Source: Acidobacteriota bacterium (GTDB lineage: Bacteria > Acidobacteriota > Thermoanaerobaculia > Multivoradales > J023). Taken from it: DNA of 64,000 bases. The notes below the pieces were generated by a model. That model saw nothing but the letters and a program-made list of their open reading frames with translations. It had not been told where the DNA came from and ran no database searches. A program made the translations under genes and the position numbers. Location: positions 124,526-188,525 of the forward strand of contig JAJCXR010000024.1 in the NCBI GenBank assembly GCA_029263315.1. Direction: 5' to 3'. Below, piece after piece: positions 29,228-38,411 of the stretch; the first letter of the stretch is position 1, and each line of letters starts with the position of its first letter.

Positions 29228-30125
29228 AAGCGCCACTGCCAGCAAGAAACGCGGCTTGCCCGAAAGGGTCCGCATGCGTGCGACGAGCCATTTTGTCGAT
29301 GAGCTCACGAGCCGCAACGAAGAAGAAGCCATTGGGCGAATGATTCCTATTTCTTCTATTGAGCCGGATCCTTCCCAGCCCAGAACATCGATGGGTGACC
29401 TGTCCGAGCTCGCCAAGTCCATCCGCGACAAGGGGGTCCTGGAGCCCATTCTGGTGCGTCCCTTGGAGAGGGCGCTGCCGTCGGGGGCCCAATTTCTCAT
29501 CATCAGCGGTGAGCGGCGTTACCGGGCTTCCATGGAAGCCGGCCTATCGGAAGTGCCCGCCATCGAGATGCCGGTCTCCGTCGAAGAAGCCCTCGAGATT
29601 GCTCTCATCGAGAATCTCCAACGCAAGGACCTGACGCCCTTCGAAGAGGCGGAAGGTTATAAGGCGCTGGCGGAGCGCTTTGACTACACCCATGAGCAGA
29701 TTTCTGAGGCGGTGGGGAAGTCCCGTACCGTCGTTACGGAGAGCTTTGCCCTCCTGCAGATGTCACGCCGGGTACGTGAGGCGGCGGACGCCTTGGGCAT
29801 TCATACCAAGTCCTTGCTGCTGGAAGTGCTGAAGTGCGATACCGAGGATGAGATGATTTCATTGCTCGAGGAAGTCAACCTACATGGGTTGAGCCGTGAC
29901 GATCTACGTCGCCAGAAACGCGGCGCTAAGACGTCGGGCGGTGCCACCAAGAGACGTCCCTTTGTTTTCAATTTCAAGGCCCCCGACAAGAGCTACAGCC
30001 TGGCGTTGAAGTTTCGGCAGACGGATGTCAGCAAAGGCGAGTTGATCACGGCATTGGAGCGGATTCTCTTGGATCTCAAGGCCGAGAATCTAGACGCAGC
30101 CGCGGCCGAGAAGCCGACCCACTAG
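29220..30125 (+). CDS. parB: ParB/Spo0J-family partition protein
   Basis: ParB N-terminal domain (ILVRPL, GERRYRA), HTH and C-terminal dimerisation region. The GTG start overlaps the parA stop. Confidence 0.85.
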   Translation: MSRSATASKKRGLPERVRMRATSHFVDELTSRNEEEAIGRMIPISSIEPDPSQPRTSMGDLSELAKSIRDKGVLEPILVRPLERALPSGAQFLIISGERRYRASMEAGLSEVPAIEMPVSVEEALEIALIENLQRKDLTPFEEAEGYKALAERFDYTHEQISEAVGKSRTVVTESFALLQMSRRVREAADALGIHTKSLLLEVLKCDTEDEMISLLEEVNLHGLSRDDLRRQKRGAKTSGGATKRRPFVFNFKAPDKSYSLALKFRQTDVSKGELITALERILLDLKAENLDAAAAEKPTH

Positions 30126-30173
30126 CAGCCTGAGCAACGCTCCACGGGGCATCCATGAGCCGCCAGCCTGAGA

Positions 30174-30223
30174 GGGTTTGGCGGCTTTGTTGTTTCTAGG
30201 GTTTGGCGGCTTTGTTGTTTCTA
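30174..30223. repeat. Perfect tandem duplication, 2 x 25 bp (GGGTTTGGCGGCTTTGTTGTTTCTA)
   Basis: Direct reading of the sequence in the parB-methyltransferase intergenic region. Confidence 0.9.
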
Positions 30224-30449
30224 GGATGGGGATAACCCGTTCAAGGGTGTTGCTCTTCATGGTCTGAGGTTAACATAATGTATCTTATCGGACCTTGGAT
30301 ATGGCGTGAATATACGCCGTGAAGTGGCCCCGTGGAACCCGCCATCGAGGCTCAATCCTCCGTGCTAGCATCTCCCTTCGCAGCTTGCTGCCACTCTCGA
30401 GCTCCCACCGGTAGCCGAATCAAGACGGCGGCAACCACTTGCCAAGACG

Positions 30450-31547
30450 ATGTCAACCAAGACGTCAACTAAGACGATGTCAACCACGATGTCTGCTCAG
30501 CCATCTGCCCAAGACCGCCGCATCCTGGCGCTGTTGCTACATCTGCAGCGCTGGCCCTTCGACGCCATCACCGGCGACGACTTACGGCTCGACCACCGAA
30601 CCCTCGAGTCTCAGGCGCGGCAGGTCTTTCCCGAGTTGCCGCAGGATGCGTGGCCCTCCGACTGGCAAGGAGCTCTGCTGACGCTCTGCGAGCAAAACTG
30701 GTTGCACGGCCTGCCCGGTGACCCCGCGGCGACCTTTGGGCTGACTCCCGCCGGACGTGAGCTGGCACGGGGGTTCCACCGTGAGCTCATGGCAAAGGGC
30801 TTCGATGAGTTGCTGGTGGATGCCCTCGACAGCCCCGCCTACGCCTCCTTTTGTCGGCGATCCATGGGACTCGACATCGGGCATTTCAGCCCGGTGGACG
30901 CCATCCAGGTATCTTTGCTGGCCTCCATGCTGAAGGGCCTGGACCGATCGAAGCCGCCGGGCCGGCCGTTCCGTTGGCTGGACTTGGGCTGTGGCGCCGG
31001 AAACATGACGGCCTGGCTGGCCCGCCAACTCGGCACGGCGGTGGCCTATGGCGTCGACCTCGCGTCCGAGGCCATCGCCGTGGGACGTCGTCGGCACGCC
31101 GACCTCGGGCAACGGCTGCATCTTCATGTGGCCGATGTGCACGATCTGCGTGTTTTGCCCGCCGCCTCCTTCGACGCCTTGGTGGCGGTTGACGTGCTGG
31201 CGTTTGTCGATGAACCTGAAATCGCCTTGCGGCGTTGGCTCCGCCTGCTGGCCCCTGGGGGACGAGCCCTGGTCCTGGGTTCGTCGAGGGGCGGCACGCA
31301 GAAAGCGCGATTCGAGGTTGGGTTGCTCGGAAGATACACCCCTCCCCCACTGGTGGTCGATTTGACCTCCCTCGATCGACATCTGTGGCGCTCACAGCGG
31401 CGGATTCTGGCGGTCATGGGCAAGGACTTCGAGGGCGAAGGTCGGCTTCCCCTCTACCGCCTGCTGTGCCAAGAGGCCCGGCGGTGTGGCCGATGGGCCG
31501 AAGCCGGGTCCACTCGGCGCACCTTGACGGTACTGCGGACTGTATAA
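30450..31547 (+). CDS. Class I SAM-dependent methyltransferase with an N-terminal helical domain
   Basis: Motif I LDLGCGAGNMT. The N-terminus MSTKTSTKTMSTTMS is encoded by a short tandem repeat, so the true start may be a downstream ATG. Confidence 0.7.
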   Translation: MSTKTSTKTMSTTMSAQPSAQDRRILALLLHLQRWPFDAITGDDLRLDHRTLESQARQVFPELPQDAWPSDWQGALLTLCEQNWLHGLPGDPAATFGLTPAGRELARGFHRELMAKGFDELLVDALDSPAYASFCRRSMGLDIGHFSPVDAIQVSLLASMLKGLDRSKPPGRPFRWLDLGCGAGNMTAWLARQLGTAVAYGVDLASEAIAVGRRRHADLGQRLHLHVADVHDLRVLPAASFDALVAVDVLAFVDEPEIALRRWLRLLAPGGRALVLGSSRGGTQKARFEVGLLGRYTPPPLVVDLTSLDRHLWRSQRRILAVMGKDFEGEGRLPLYRLLCQEARRCGRWAEAGSTRRTLTVLRTV

Positions 31548-31558
31548 TCCACCACCTT

Positions 31559-33958
31559 ATGTTTCGACTCGATCGCTACATCTTTGCCGAGATCCTCGGC
31601 CCTCTCACCCTCGGATTCTTCGTCTACACCTCGATCCTGCTGATGCAGGCCCTCTTCAAAGCTGCGGAGCTGATTATCCGCAGCGGCGTCGATGTGGCGA
31701 CGGTGGGACGCTTGCTCCTGCTTTCCCTGCCTTGGATCGTCGTCATGACGATCCCCATGTCGTTCCTCTTTGGCATTCTCATCGCCGTCGGTCGATTGTC
31801 TTCGGACAGTGAGCTCATCGCTTTGCGCTCGAGCGGCGTCAGCCTGTTCTCCCTCTACCGTCCCATCTTGGTGCTGTCCTTGCTCCTGACAGGCCTCAAC
31901 ACCTACTTGATGGTCAAGGTGCTGCCGGAGGGAAACCATGCGCTGCAACAATTGCGCATCGACATCCTCACCCAGAGCATCACCGAAGAAGTGACGCCAC
32001 GTATTCCCCACACCAGTTGGCAGGACAAGATGCTCTACGTCTTCGAGACGCCCCCCGGCGAGCAACGTTGGCGGGGGTTGTTCCTGTCGGACGCGGTGCC
32101 GACGCGGGAGACGGAAGTCACCATCGCCGAATGGGGCCGCGCCGAACCGGACGGCGATCAGGTGGTGCTGTCCTTGGAGGGGGCCTACAGCCACGTCGTC
32201 GATCTGTATCGACCGGAGCAGTATCGGCTGGCTTACCATCGAGATCTGCTGGTGCGTCTGGCGAGCTTTTCGCGGCAGCGGGCCGGTGCCTCGGTCAAGC
32301 GAAGCTTGCGGGAGCTGTCGCTGGATCAGCTCTTCGAAAGGGCCGCCGACACCAACTATCCAGACTCGGTGCGCAACTTGGCCAAGGTGGAGATCCAGAA
32401 GAAGTTCAGCATTCCGGCGGCCTGCCTGGTGTTCGGCCTGCTCGGTCTGCCCTTGGGTTTCAGCAATTCCAGGGGCGGCCGCTCTTCCGGTTTTGCCATC
32501 TCCATCGGCGTCATCCTGGTCTACTACATCTTGCTCAATTCCGGCGAGGATATCGCCCGCGAAGGGACGGTGCCCGCCTGGCTCGCCGTTTGGTTTCCCA
32601 ACGTTCTCCTGCTGATGATCGGTCTTTTCCTCTTGGCGCGGCGCAATCGTGACAAGAGCCTGCTGCTGACCAATTTGGACCGTTGGATTCAAGATCGCCT
32701 CTGGGGGCGCATCCTGACCTTTCAGGCCCGCCGTGAGGAGAACCGCGCCAAACACAAGGCGCAGGCCCAGGCGGCACGGGCAGAGCGGCGGCGGCGGAAA
32801 CGACGCGAGGAGGATGGCTCCTCCACCGAAGGCCGGGTCCTCTTCAAGCTGCCGGATTTGCGTCTGCGTTTTCCCAACTCGATGGACCGCTACATCCTGC
32901 GGACTTTCCTTCGGGTCCTCCTGCTGGCGGTGCTCTCCGGCACCATGGTTTACTTGGTGGCGGACTTGACGGACAACTTCGACAAGATCCTGGAGAACGA
33001 AATCCCGCGGCATGTGATCTTCGACTATTACAAGTTCAAGTCATTGGCCATCGTCTACGAGATTTCGCCGATCATCGTCCTGGTGTCGACGTTGATCACC
33101 TTCGGCCTGCTGTCGCGGACCAATGAGATCATCGCCTGCAAGGCTCTCGGTATGAGCCTTTACCGCCTCTCCGTGCCGGTGATTCTGGCCGCCACCTTGA
33201 TCTCCGCAGTGGGCGGCCTATTGGAATCGGAGGTCTTGGCGGCGTCCAATGAGCGGGTGACGGAGCTCAAGGCGATCATCAAGGGGCAAGCCGTGCCGCG
33301 GGGTGGCGGCAGCGGGCACCGATGGCTTTACGGCAAGGACAATCGTCTCTACAACTTCGCCTTCTTCGATACCACGGAGCAAGAGCTGCACCGGCTGCAG
33401 ATCTTTCAGTTCGACAAAGACGTCAAATCCATCACCGGTCGCCTGATGGCGGATCGGGCGAAATATATGGAAGACGGCTGGTGGATGCTCTCCTCCGGCT
33501 GGACACGCTCCTTCGAGGGGACCGAGTCGACGGATTTCAGCAGCTTCACCGAGCCGAGAAAATATCGTTTGGAAGAAACCCCCGACTACTTCGGGGGCGC
33601 CCTGAGCCTGCCGGAGGAAATGAGCTACAACCAACTCCGCAGCTACATCGACGAGCTCCGGCAAAGTGGACAATCGGTGCCGGATCTCGAAGTCGCCCTG
33701 CACAACAAGATCGCTTATCCCGTGATCTCGTTGGTCATGGCTTTGGTGGCCCTGCCCTTTGCCTTCCGGCTGGGACGCCAGGGGGCCCTCTATGGCATTG
33801 GGCTGTCGCTGGTTCTCGGAGTGATTCTGCTGGTGGTCCTCGGGGTGTTCCGGGCCCTGGGTGAGAATGGGGTCTTGCCGCCGCTGATAGCGGTTTGGAG
33901 CCCCAGTTTGATTTTCACCGTCTTTTCGATGTATCTGTTTCTCGGGGTCCGGACCTAG
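31559..33958 (+). CDS. Fused LptF-LptG LPS-export permease (two YjgP/YjgQ domains in one 800-aa ORF)
   Basis: First half MFRLDRYIFAEILGPL... is the LptF/LptG permease family. A basic linker (RAERRRRKRREED) follows. The second half restarts with MDRYILRTFLRVLLLAV..., again YjgP/YjgQ. No stop codon lies between the halves. Confidence 0.75.
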   Translation: MFRLDRYIFAEILGPLTLGFFVYTSILLMQALFKAAELIIRSGVDVATVGRLLLLSLPWIVVMTIPMSFLFGILIAVGRLSSDSELIALRSSGVSLFSLYRPILVLSLLLTGLNTYLMVKVLPEGNHALQQLRIDILTQSITEEVTPRIPHTSWQDKMLYVFETPPGEQRWRGLFLSDAVPTRETEVTIAEWGRAEPDGDQVVLSLEGAYSHVVDLYRPEQYRLAYHRDLLVRLASFSRQRAGASVKRSLRELSLDQLFERAADTNYPDSVRNLAKVEIQKKFSIPAACLVFGLLGLPLGFSNSRGGRSSGFAISIGVILVYYILLNSGEDIAREGTVPAWLAVWFPNVLLLMIGLFLLARRNRDKSLLLTNLDRWIQDRLWGRILTFQARREENRAKHKAQAQAARAERRRRKRREEDGSSTEGRVLFKLPDLRLRFPNSMDRYILRTFLRVLLLAVLSGTMVYLVADLTDNFDKILENEIPRHVIFDYYKFKSLAIVYEISPIIVLVSTLITFGLLSRTNEIIACKALGMSLYRLSVPVILAATLISAVGGLLESEVLAASNERVTELKAIIKGQAVPRGGGSGHRWLYGKDNRLYNFAFFDTTEQELHRLQIFQFDKDVKSITGRLMADRAKYMEDGWWMLSSGWTRSFEGTESTDFSSFTEPRKYRLEETPDYFGGALSLPEEMSYNQLRSYIDELRQSGQSVPDLEVALHNKIAYPVISLVMALVALPFAFRLGRQGALYGIGLSLVLGVILLVVLGVFRALGENGVLPPLIAVWSPSLIFTVFSMYLFLGVRT

Positions 33959-33990
33959 CAGCCTGAGCCCCCGAATGCGAGATGGGATGA

Positions 33991-34485
33991 TTATTGTCTT
34001 CCGTGGTCCTTGGCAATCGCTCCGCCGAGTCTGCGGTAAGACGCCTCCATACCGTCTTCCATTCCCGAAGCCAGCATGGCTTCACGGGTCTTCTCGTCGG
34101 GGAGTGTCATCCGCATGGTCATCAAGGTGCCGCCGTTTTTGGCCTCGAAGCGGGTTTCGATGTGGTTTTCCGGCGTCGGCCCTGGGAGATGCATGCGCTC
34201 AATATGAACGATCCGCGAGAACGGCTCGAGCTCGATGAATTCACCGGTTATATAGAACCCGCCACCCTTTCCATCCGACCATTCGTAACGAAATTTTCCG
34301 CCGGGAACAGCGTCATTGATGCACACCGGCATGGTCCATTTTTCCGGCCCAAGCATCCACTGCTGAATGAGATCCGGGTCCGTATGTGCACGGAAGACGG
34401 CCTCGGGTGAGGCGGCAAACTGACGGGTGATGACGATGTGCCGGTCACCCTCGATGGTCAGTTTGAGCTGCGTAGAGATGGTCAT
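33991..34485 (-). CDS. SRPBCC-superfamily protein (AHSA1/Aha1-like)
   Basis: 164-aa protein with an Aha1-like signature. Confidence 0.7.
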   Translation of the reverse strand: MTISTQLKLTIEGDRHIVITRQFAASPEAVFRAHTDPDLIQQWMLGPEKWTMPVCINDAVPGGKFRYEWSDGKGGGFYITGEFIELEPFSRIVHIERMHLPGPTPENHIETRFEAKNGGTLMTMRMTLPDEKTREAMLASGMEDGMEASYRRLGGAIAKDHGRQ

Positions 34486-34832
34486 GGTGGTGGTTCCTTA
34501 TGTGGTTCGCTTGGACCGACAGCCAAGAGCTCATCGAGCCGGTCATAGTTGGAAGACATGGCGTTCCGCAGCTCATTCAGCCATTGATCGATCGGAGCGA
34601 GCCCGTCCGCAGCAAGGGCACAGGGGCGGCGCGACCCGTCGACGCGGCGGTGGATCAACCCGGCATTTTCGAGCACCTTGAGATGCTTGGAAATAGCTGG
34701 CTGGCTCATTTCGAACGGTTCTGCGAGCTCCATCACTCCGAGCTCACCCGAGGCCAAGCGCGCTAGAAGGGCGCGTCGTGTCGGATCAGCGAGAGCAGTG
34801 AGAACAACGGTGAGCTGTTCTGCGGTTTTCAT
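34482..34832 (-). CDS. ArsR/SmtB-family metalloregulatory repressor
   Basis: LADPTRRALLARL...MSQPAISKHLKVLENAGLI winged HTH, with Cys in the C-terminal region. Confidence 0.85.
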   Translation of the reverse strand: MKTAEQLTVVLTALADPTRRALLARLASGELGVMELAEPFEMSQPAISKHLKVLENAGLIHRRVDGSRRPCALAADGLAPIDQWLNELRNAMSSNYDRLDELLAVGPSEPHKEPPP

Positions 34833-34840
34833 GCTCTCAA

Positions 34841-34860
34841 TATAACCGAGAGGTTATATT
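34841..34860. promoter_or_regulatory. Candidate ArsR operator: 8-bp inverted repeat with 4-bp spacer (ATATAACC-GAGA-GGTTATAT)
   Basis: Perfect dyad 9 bp upstream of the arsR-like start in an AT-rich spacer. Confidence 0.5.
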
Positions 34861-35140
34861 CTGTCAAAGTTATACATTAGGGCGACAAGACTCCCCTCCC
34901 CCAACCGTTTGGGAAGCGGACTGTGGATCGGTACTCAGCGAGGGCCGCCTTCCCCTCAAGATCGATTCGGCTTGAATTTGAGGAGCTCAAGTGTTCGTAC
35001 TTAGTTTCTTCTACGGCAAGCTCGGCCGAGCCGACTGGCGAGATGTTGATTGACTAGGGAAGACGGCAGGCTGCTTGATTCTGATCCTGGCCTCGATCAT
35101 TCACGCTTCCTCCCTTTCTGCACAAATCTGCTGAGTATGC

Positions 35141-35563
35141 TCAGAGGGCACCTCTTTCCGCAACCCTGAGCGCGTCGAGGATAGGGCACTCGCTGGTCGG
35201 TCCGGCGCCCCCCTGACACGTCTCTGTCAGACGGCCCAAAGCGTCTTCGATGCGGCGTAGCGACGCGATCTTTTCCCTTACGTCGCGGAGCCTATCTTCC
35301 GCTCGTTCCTTGACCTCGCTACAGGTCGCTGCCGGATCGACGCGCAGCGACAGCAGCTCACCGATCTCGTCAAGGGAGAAGCCAAGCTGCTGGGCCCTAT
35401 GGATGAATCGGATCCGTGGGATCGTGCTCGCCGGAAAAGCGCGATAGCCAGAAGCGCGACGTGGCGCCTGCGGGATCAAACCACGGCGCTCGTAGTAGCG
35501 GATGGCCTCCACCCGCATCTCGGTAGCCGCGGCTACCTCGCCTATCGACAAAGCCGTAGTCAT
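35141..35563 (-). CDS. merR: MerR-family Hg(II)-type metalloregulator
   Basis: MerR HTH (IGEVAAATEMRVEAIRYYERRGL). Three Cys at about positions 80, 118 and 127 (ATCSE...ETCQGG...SECP) match the MerR Hg-binding Cys spacing. Confidence 0.75.
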   Translation of the reverse strand: MTTALSIGEVAAATEMRVEAIRYYERRGLIPQAPRRASGYRAFPASTIPRIRFIHRAQQLGFSLDEIGELLSLRVDPAATCSEVKERAEDRLRDVREKIASLRRIEDALGRLTETCQGGAGPTSECPILDALRVAERGAL

Positions 35564-36576
35564 TCATTGCTCCCTTGAGTGTTCGCCCGATGGCCTTGGC
35601 CAGGCGCGAACTTCTGAATGCGATGGTTTCCGAAGTCCACCACGTAGACGTTACCATCGTTATCCACCGCGACATCGGTCGGCCGGTCAAGCTTGCCAAG
35701 TGCCGAACCCTCGGCGCCGATGATCGCCAGGTGCTCGCCCTCGGTCGTCAGTTTCCGGACTTGGTGGCTGTAGAAGTCAGCGACGAAGATGGCGCCGTCT
35801 GGACCTACGGCGACCGCCGTCGCGGTGCGGAACTTGCCTCGATCGCCATCGGTACCTGAGGAGGTCGAGCCATTCCACAAGCGTAGGAAGCTCCCCCCCT
35901 TGTGGAAAATCTGGACGCGATCATTGTAGGCGTCGGCAACAACCAAGCTCCCATCGCTGAGCAGGGCCACATCGGTGGGGTACTGAAACCGTCCCGGCTC
36001 GGATCCCGTTCGGCCGGTTTCTCCCAGCTGGCGGATCAACTCTCCTGCCGAGGTCATGACCTGGATCCGCTGGTTGTAGAAGTCCGCCACGTAGAGCTTC
36101 CCTTCGGCGTCGACATCGACCCCTGCCGGCGCGTCGAACTGGCCGGGTCCGGATCCAGGCATGCCCAGGATCTCTTGAGAGATCCCCGCCGGCGAGAAGA
36201 CCTGGATGCGGTCGTTTAGGTATTCCGCGACGTACAACCTGCCATCGCGGAATGCGAGATGCATCGGCCGCGCAAGTTCCCCTGCTGCGCTTCCTTCTTT
36301 GCCGAAGGCACGAACGAATCGGCCTGCGAGGTCGAATACCTGAATGCGGTGATTGCCCGCGTCGCTGACGTAGACCTCACCCTGCGCCACGGCGATCCCG
36401 ATCGGTTGGCGCAGGTCTCCAGGTCGAAACCCCTCCTGGCCCCAGGTCGAGACAAATCGGTAGCCGCCGTTCGGCAGCGGCAGCTCCCCCGCTCCTACCT
36501 CGCTGACGCCGGTGCTCGACACGCTAGCTGCGAGGCTGAGAGCGAACAGGTAGGTGGTACAGCGGCGCCACATCAC
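35560..36576 (-). CDS. Secreted NHL-repeat beta-propeller protein
   Basis: Signal peptide followed by six NHL-like repeats (YV.D..N.RIQVF). Confidence 0.8.
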   Translation of the reverse strand: MMWRRCTTYLFALSLAASVSSTGVSEVGAGELPLPNGGYRFVSTWGQEGFRPGDLRQPIGIAVAQGEVYVSDAGNHRIQVFDLAGRFVRAFGKEGSAAGELARPMHLAFRDGRLYVAEYLNDRIQVFSPAGISQEILGMPGSGPGQFDAPAGVDVDAEGKLYVADFYNQRIQVMTSAGELIRQLGETGRTGSEPGRFQYPTDVALLSDGSLVVADAYNDRVQIFHKGGSFLRLWNGSTSSGTDGDRGKFRTATAVAVGPDGAIFVADFYSHQVRKLTTEGEHLAIIGAEGSALGKLDRPTDVAVDNDGNVYVVDFGNHRIQKFAPGQGHRANTQGSNE

Positions 36577-37502
36577 CAGTTCACCCGCATGCTCAAGATG
36601 GCGGTGCCATCGGGTTCTAGGGCAGCGCCATGGAGCGCTCTTACAATTGGAATCTGCACTCCGGCTTCGACGATCAACCTCTTGCTGACGAGCTGAATGC
36701 CCGGTGCCAAGTAGGCGATGAAGCCGCCCGAGTCTGGATCAGCCAGGCCGCCGGCACGATTTCGGCCGGCCCACACCAGATTGCTCTCCAGGACGCCGTA
36801 GAGGAACCGGGGCAGCCCGGCCTTCAGGCGACGCGGCAGGAGCCGGTGTTGGTACGAGATGTCGAGCCGCGCCTCGTCGCCAAGCTCGAAAGCGTTGGCT
36901 TGGTCGTTGACTCGGTAGGCAATGGAGGTATCGAGCTGCCAGCCCAGAGTTTGCCAGGTGGCGACCGAACCGAAGGCGAGATCCCAGGAACCCGAGCCGA
37001 GCTGAAGCGGCGGTGGAAGCCCGCCCAGGCCATCGCGCCGGTCGTCCTCGCCGGTGGGCGCCTCGACGCCGAGGAACGGTGCCAGGCGAAAGGTTCGTCC
37101 CGGCCGGTCGCGACGAAACAGCGTATAGCGGCCCAACAAGGTGACGTCGCCCAGGCCAGAGACCTGTCGTCGCTTGCGACCGTTCGACGTCGTGAGAGCA
37201 AGCTGCTTGTCGAGGATCGGAAGAATGGCAAAGAGGGCCAGCTTGTCGGTGACACCGTAGACCCCAACCAGGGACAGAGCTTCGACCTCCAACTTTCGCT
37301 GCGCTGAAGTCGGGTCACCGGTCGACCGGAGGTACCTCGTCTGGATACGAACGATCCCTTCTCCTTCGGCGACCGGCAGGGCCGTGTTGAAGGTAATCGG
37401 TGCAGCAGCAACGTGCACGACCGCAAGACTTACACCGAAGCCCCAGACAGCGAAGACCGCCATTGGCAGAATTGCATTTCTCTGGCCAATTCGTTGCCTC
37501 AC
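36573..37502 (-). CDS. Outer-membrane beta-barrel of the 'transporter'/MetA-like family
   Basis: 309 aa with a signal peptide, alternating beta-strand pattern and a C-terminal aromatic residue (…RVNW). Confidence 0.55.
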   Translation of the reverse strand: MRQRIGQRNAILPMAVFAVWGFGVSLAVVHVAAAPITFNTALPVAEGEGIVRIQTRYLRSTGDPTSAQRKLEVEALSLVGVYGVTDKLALFAILPILDKQLALTTSNGRKRRQVSGLGDVTLLGRYTLFRRDRPGRTFRLAPFLGVEAPTGEDDRRDGLGGLPPPLQLGSGSWDLAFGSVATWQTLGWQLDTSIAYRVNDQANAFELGDEARLDISYQHRLLPRRLKAGLPRFLYGVLESNLVWAGRNRAGGLADPDSGGFIAYLAPGIQLVSKRLIVEAGVQIPIVRALHGAALEPDGTAILSMRVNW

Positions 37503-38053
37503 CTTCGCACCTCTTCAATGTGCTCGGGAGACAGCGCCGGACCAGCGTCTGACCATCGAATCTCTCCACGCAGGGTCACCGGTATGTCGCCTCGAAGAAA
37601 CTCGAGCAGACGCAGGGCGATCTCATCAGCAACATCGACCAACAACAGGCTTCCTTCGTCGTTCTCGAAGCGTAGCTGAAGGTCGCCTTCCTTTGGCCCG
37701 GCAACGACTCGGCCAGTGACCTCGATGTCCAAACTACCGGGGGTGAAGCCGGCCTTCTCGACAGCTCGTCGGACCTCTTGGACATCGATGGACTGGCCCT
37801 GTTCAGCGATGACTCGCGCTTGACCTGCCACGAGGTCGATTGTCACCTTCTCGACCGCGTCTACCTTCAAGAGGCGCTTTTCGATACCGTATCCGCAGAA
37901 CGGGCAGGCCATGCCGTCGACTGCAACCGTGGCCTTGATGACCTGGGCAGGGAGCGGACTGGCGAGCAACAGAATTAGTAGCAACGGTTTCCAAACAAGC
38001 CGCATGGCATCGCTCTCCTTCTGCGATTGGGAGCTTGGGCCCTTCAGCTTCAC
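37499..38053 (-). CDS. Secreted heavy-metal-associated (HMA) domain protein with C-terminal extension
   Basis: Signal peptide, then GMACPFCGYGIEKRL (MxCxxC metal-binding motif). 4-bp ATGA overlaps with both neighbours. Confidence 0.75.
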   Translation of the reverse strand: MKLKGPSSQSQKESDAMRLVWKPLLLILLLASPLPAQVIKATVAVDGMACPFCGYGIEKRLLKVDAVEKVTIDLVAGQARVIAEQGQSIDVQEVRRAVEKAGFTPGSLDIEVTGRVVAGPKEGDLQLRFENDEGSLLLVDVADEIALRLLEFLRGDIPVTLRGEIRWSDAGPALSPEHIEEVRR

Positions 38054-38322
38054 GCCTCCCCCTCCACGGATTGGCCGAGACCGACCTCGCGCAGCCGAGC
38101 GAGGTCCACACCGCCGCGGCAGCAGTCGGCGAGAACGCCGTCTATAACTACCGAGGGGGCTCTCGCTACGCCCTGAGCTCGAGCACGTTCCGCTACAGAG
38201 GCATCCCGAAGATCGGACACACTCACGTCACAGGAGGTGCACGCTAATTCACCTACCGCAGTGACGACCTCGTCGCACAATGGGCAACCTGCGCTGAAAA
38301 TCTCTATCGTTAGCTGACTCAT
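38050..38322 (-). CDS. Small thioredoxin-fold redox-active disulfide protein (CPxC), ars-operon type
   Basis: MSQLTIEIFSAGCPLCDEVV, about 90 aa, with AAAGGAG 8 nt upstream of the ATG. Confidence 0.65.
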   Translation of the reverse strand: MSQLTIEIFSAGCPLCDEVVTAVGELACTSCDVSVSDLRDASVAERARAQGVARAPSVVIDGVLADCCRGGVDLARLREVGLGQSVEGEA

Positions 38323-38411
38323 GGGTCGACTCCTTTCTTCCAAGTTGCAACAGAGGCACATCTTGGCATTCTTGTCGGAGAAGAAATGTGTACTGAGGCG
38401 GAACACGATCG

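Noticed and set aside
29220-30125. Canonical chromosomal parS (TGTTTCACGTGAAACA) in or near parB
   Set aside because: It was searched for by eye in parAB and the flanks and was not found.
31235-31558. N-terminal 108-aa extension of the LptFG ORF (ORF-track 31235..33958)
   Set aside because: It overlaps the methyltransferase 3' end in another frame and has no permease-like sequence. The canonical LptF start MFRLDRYIF is at 31559.
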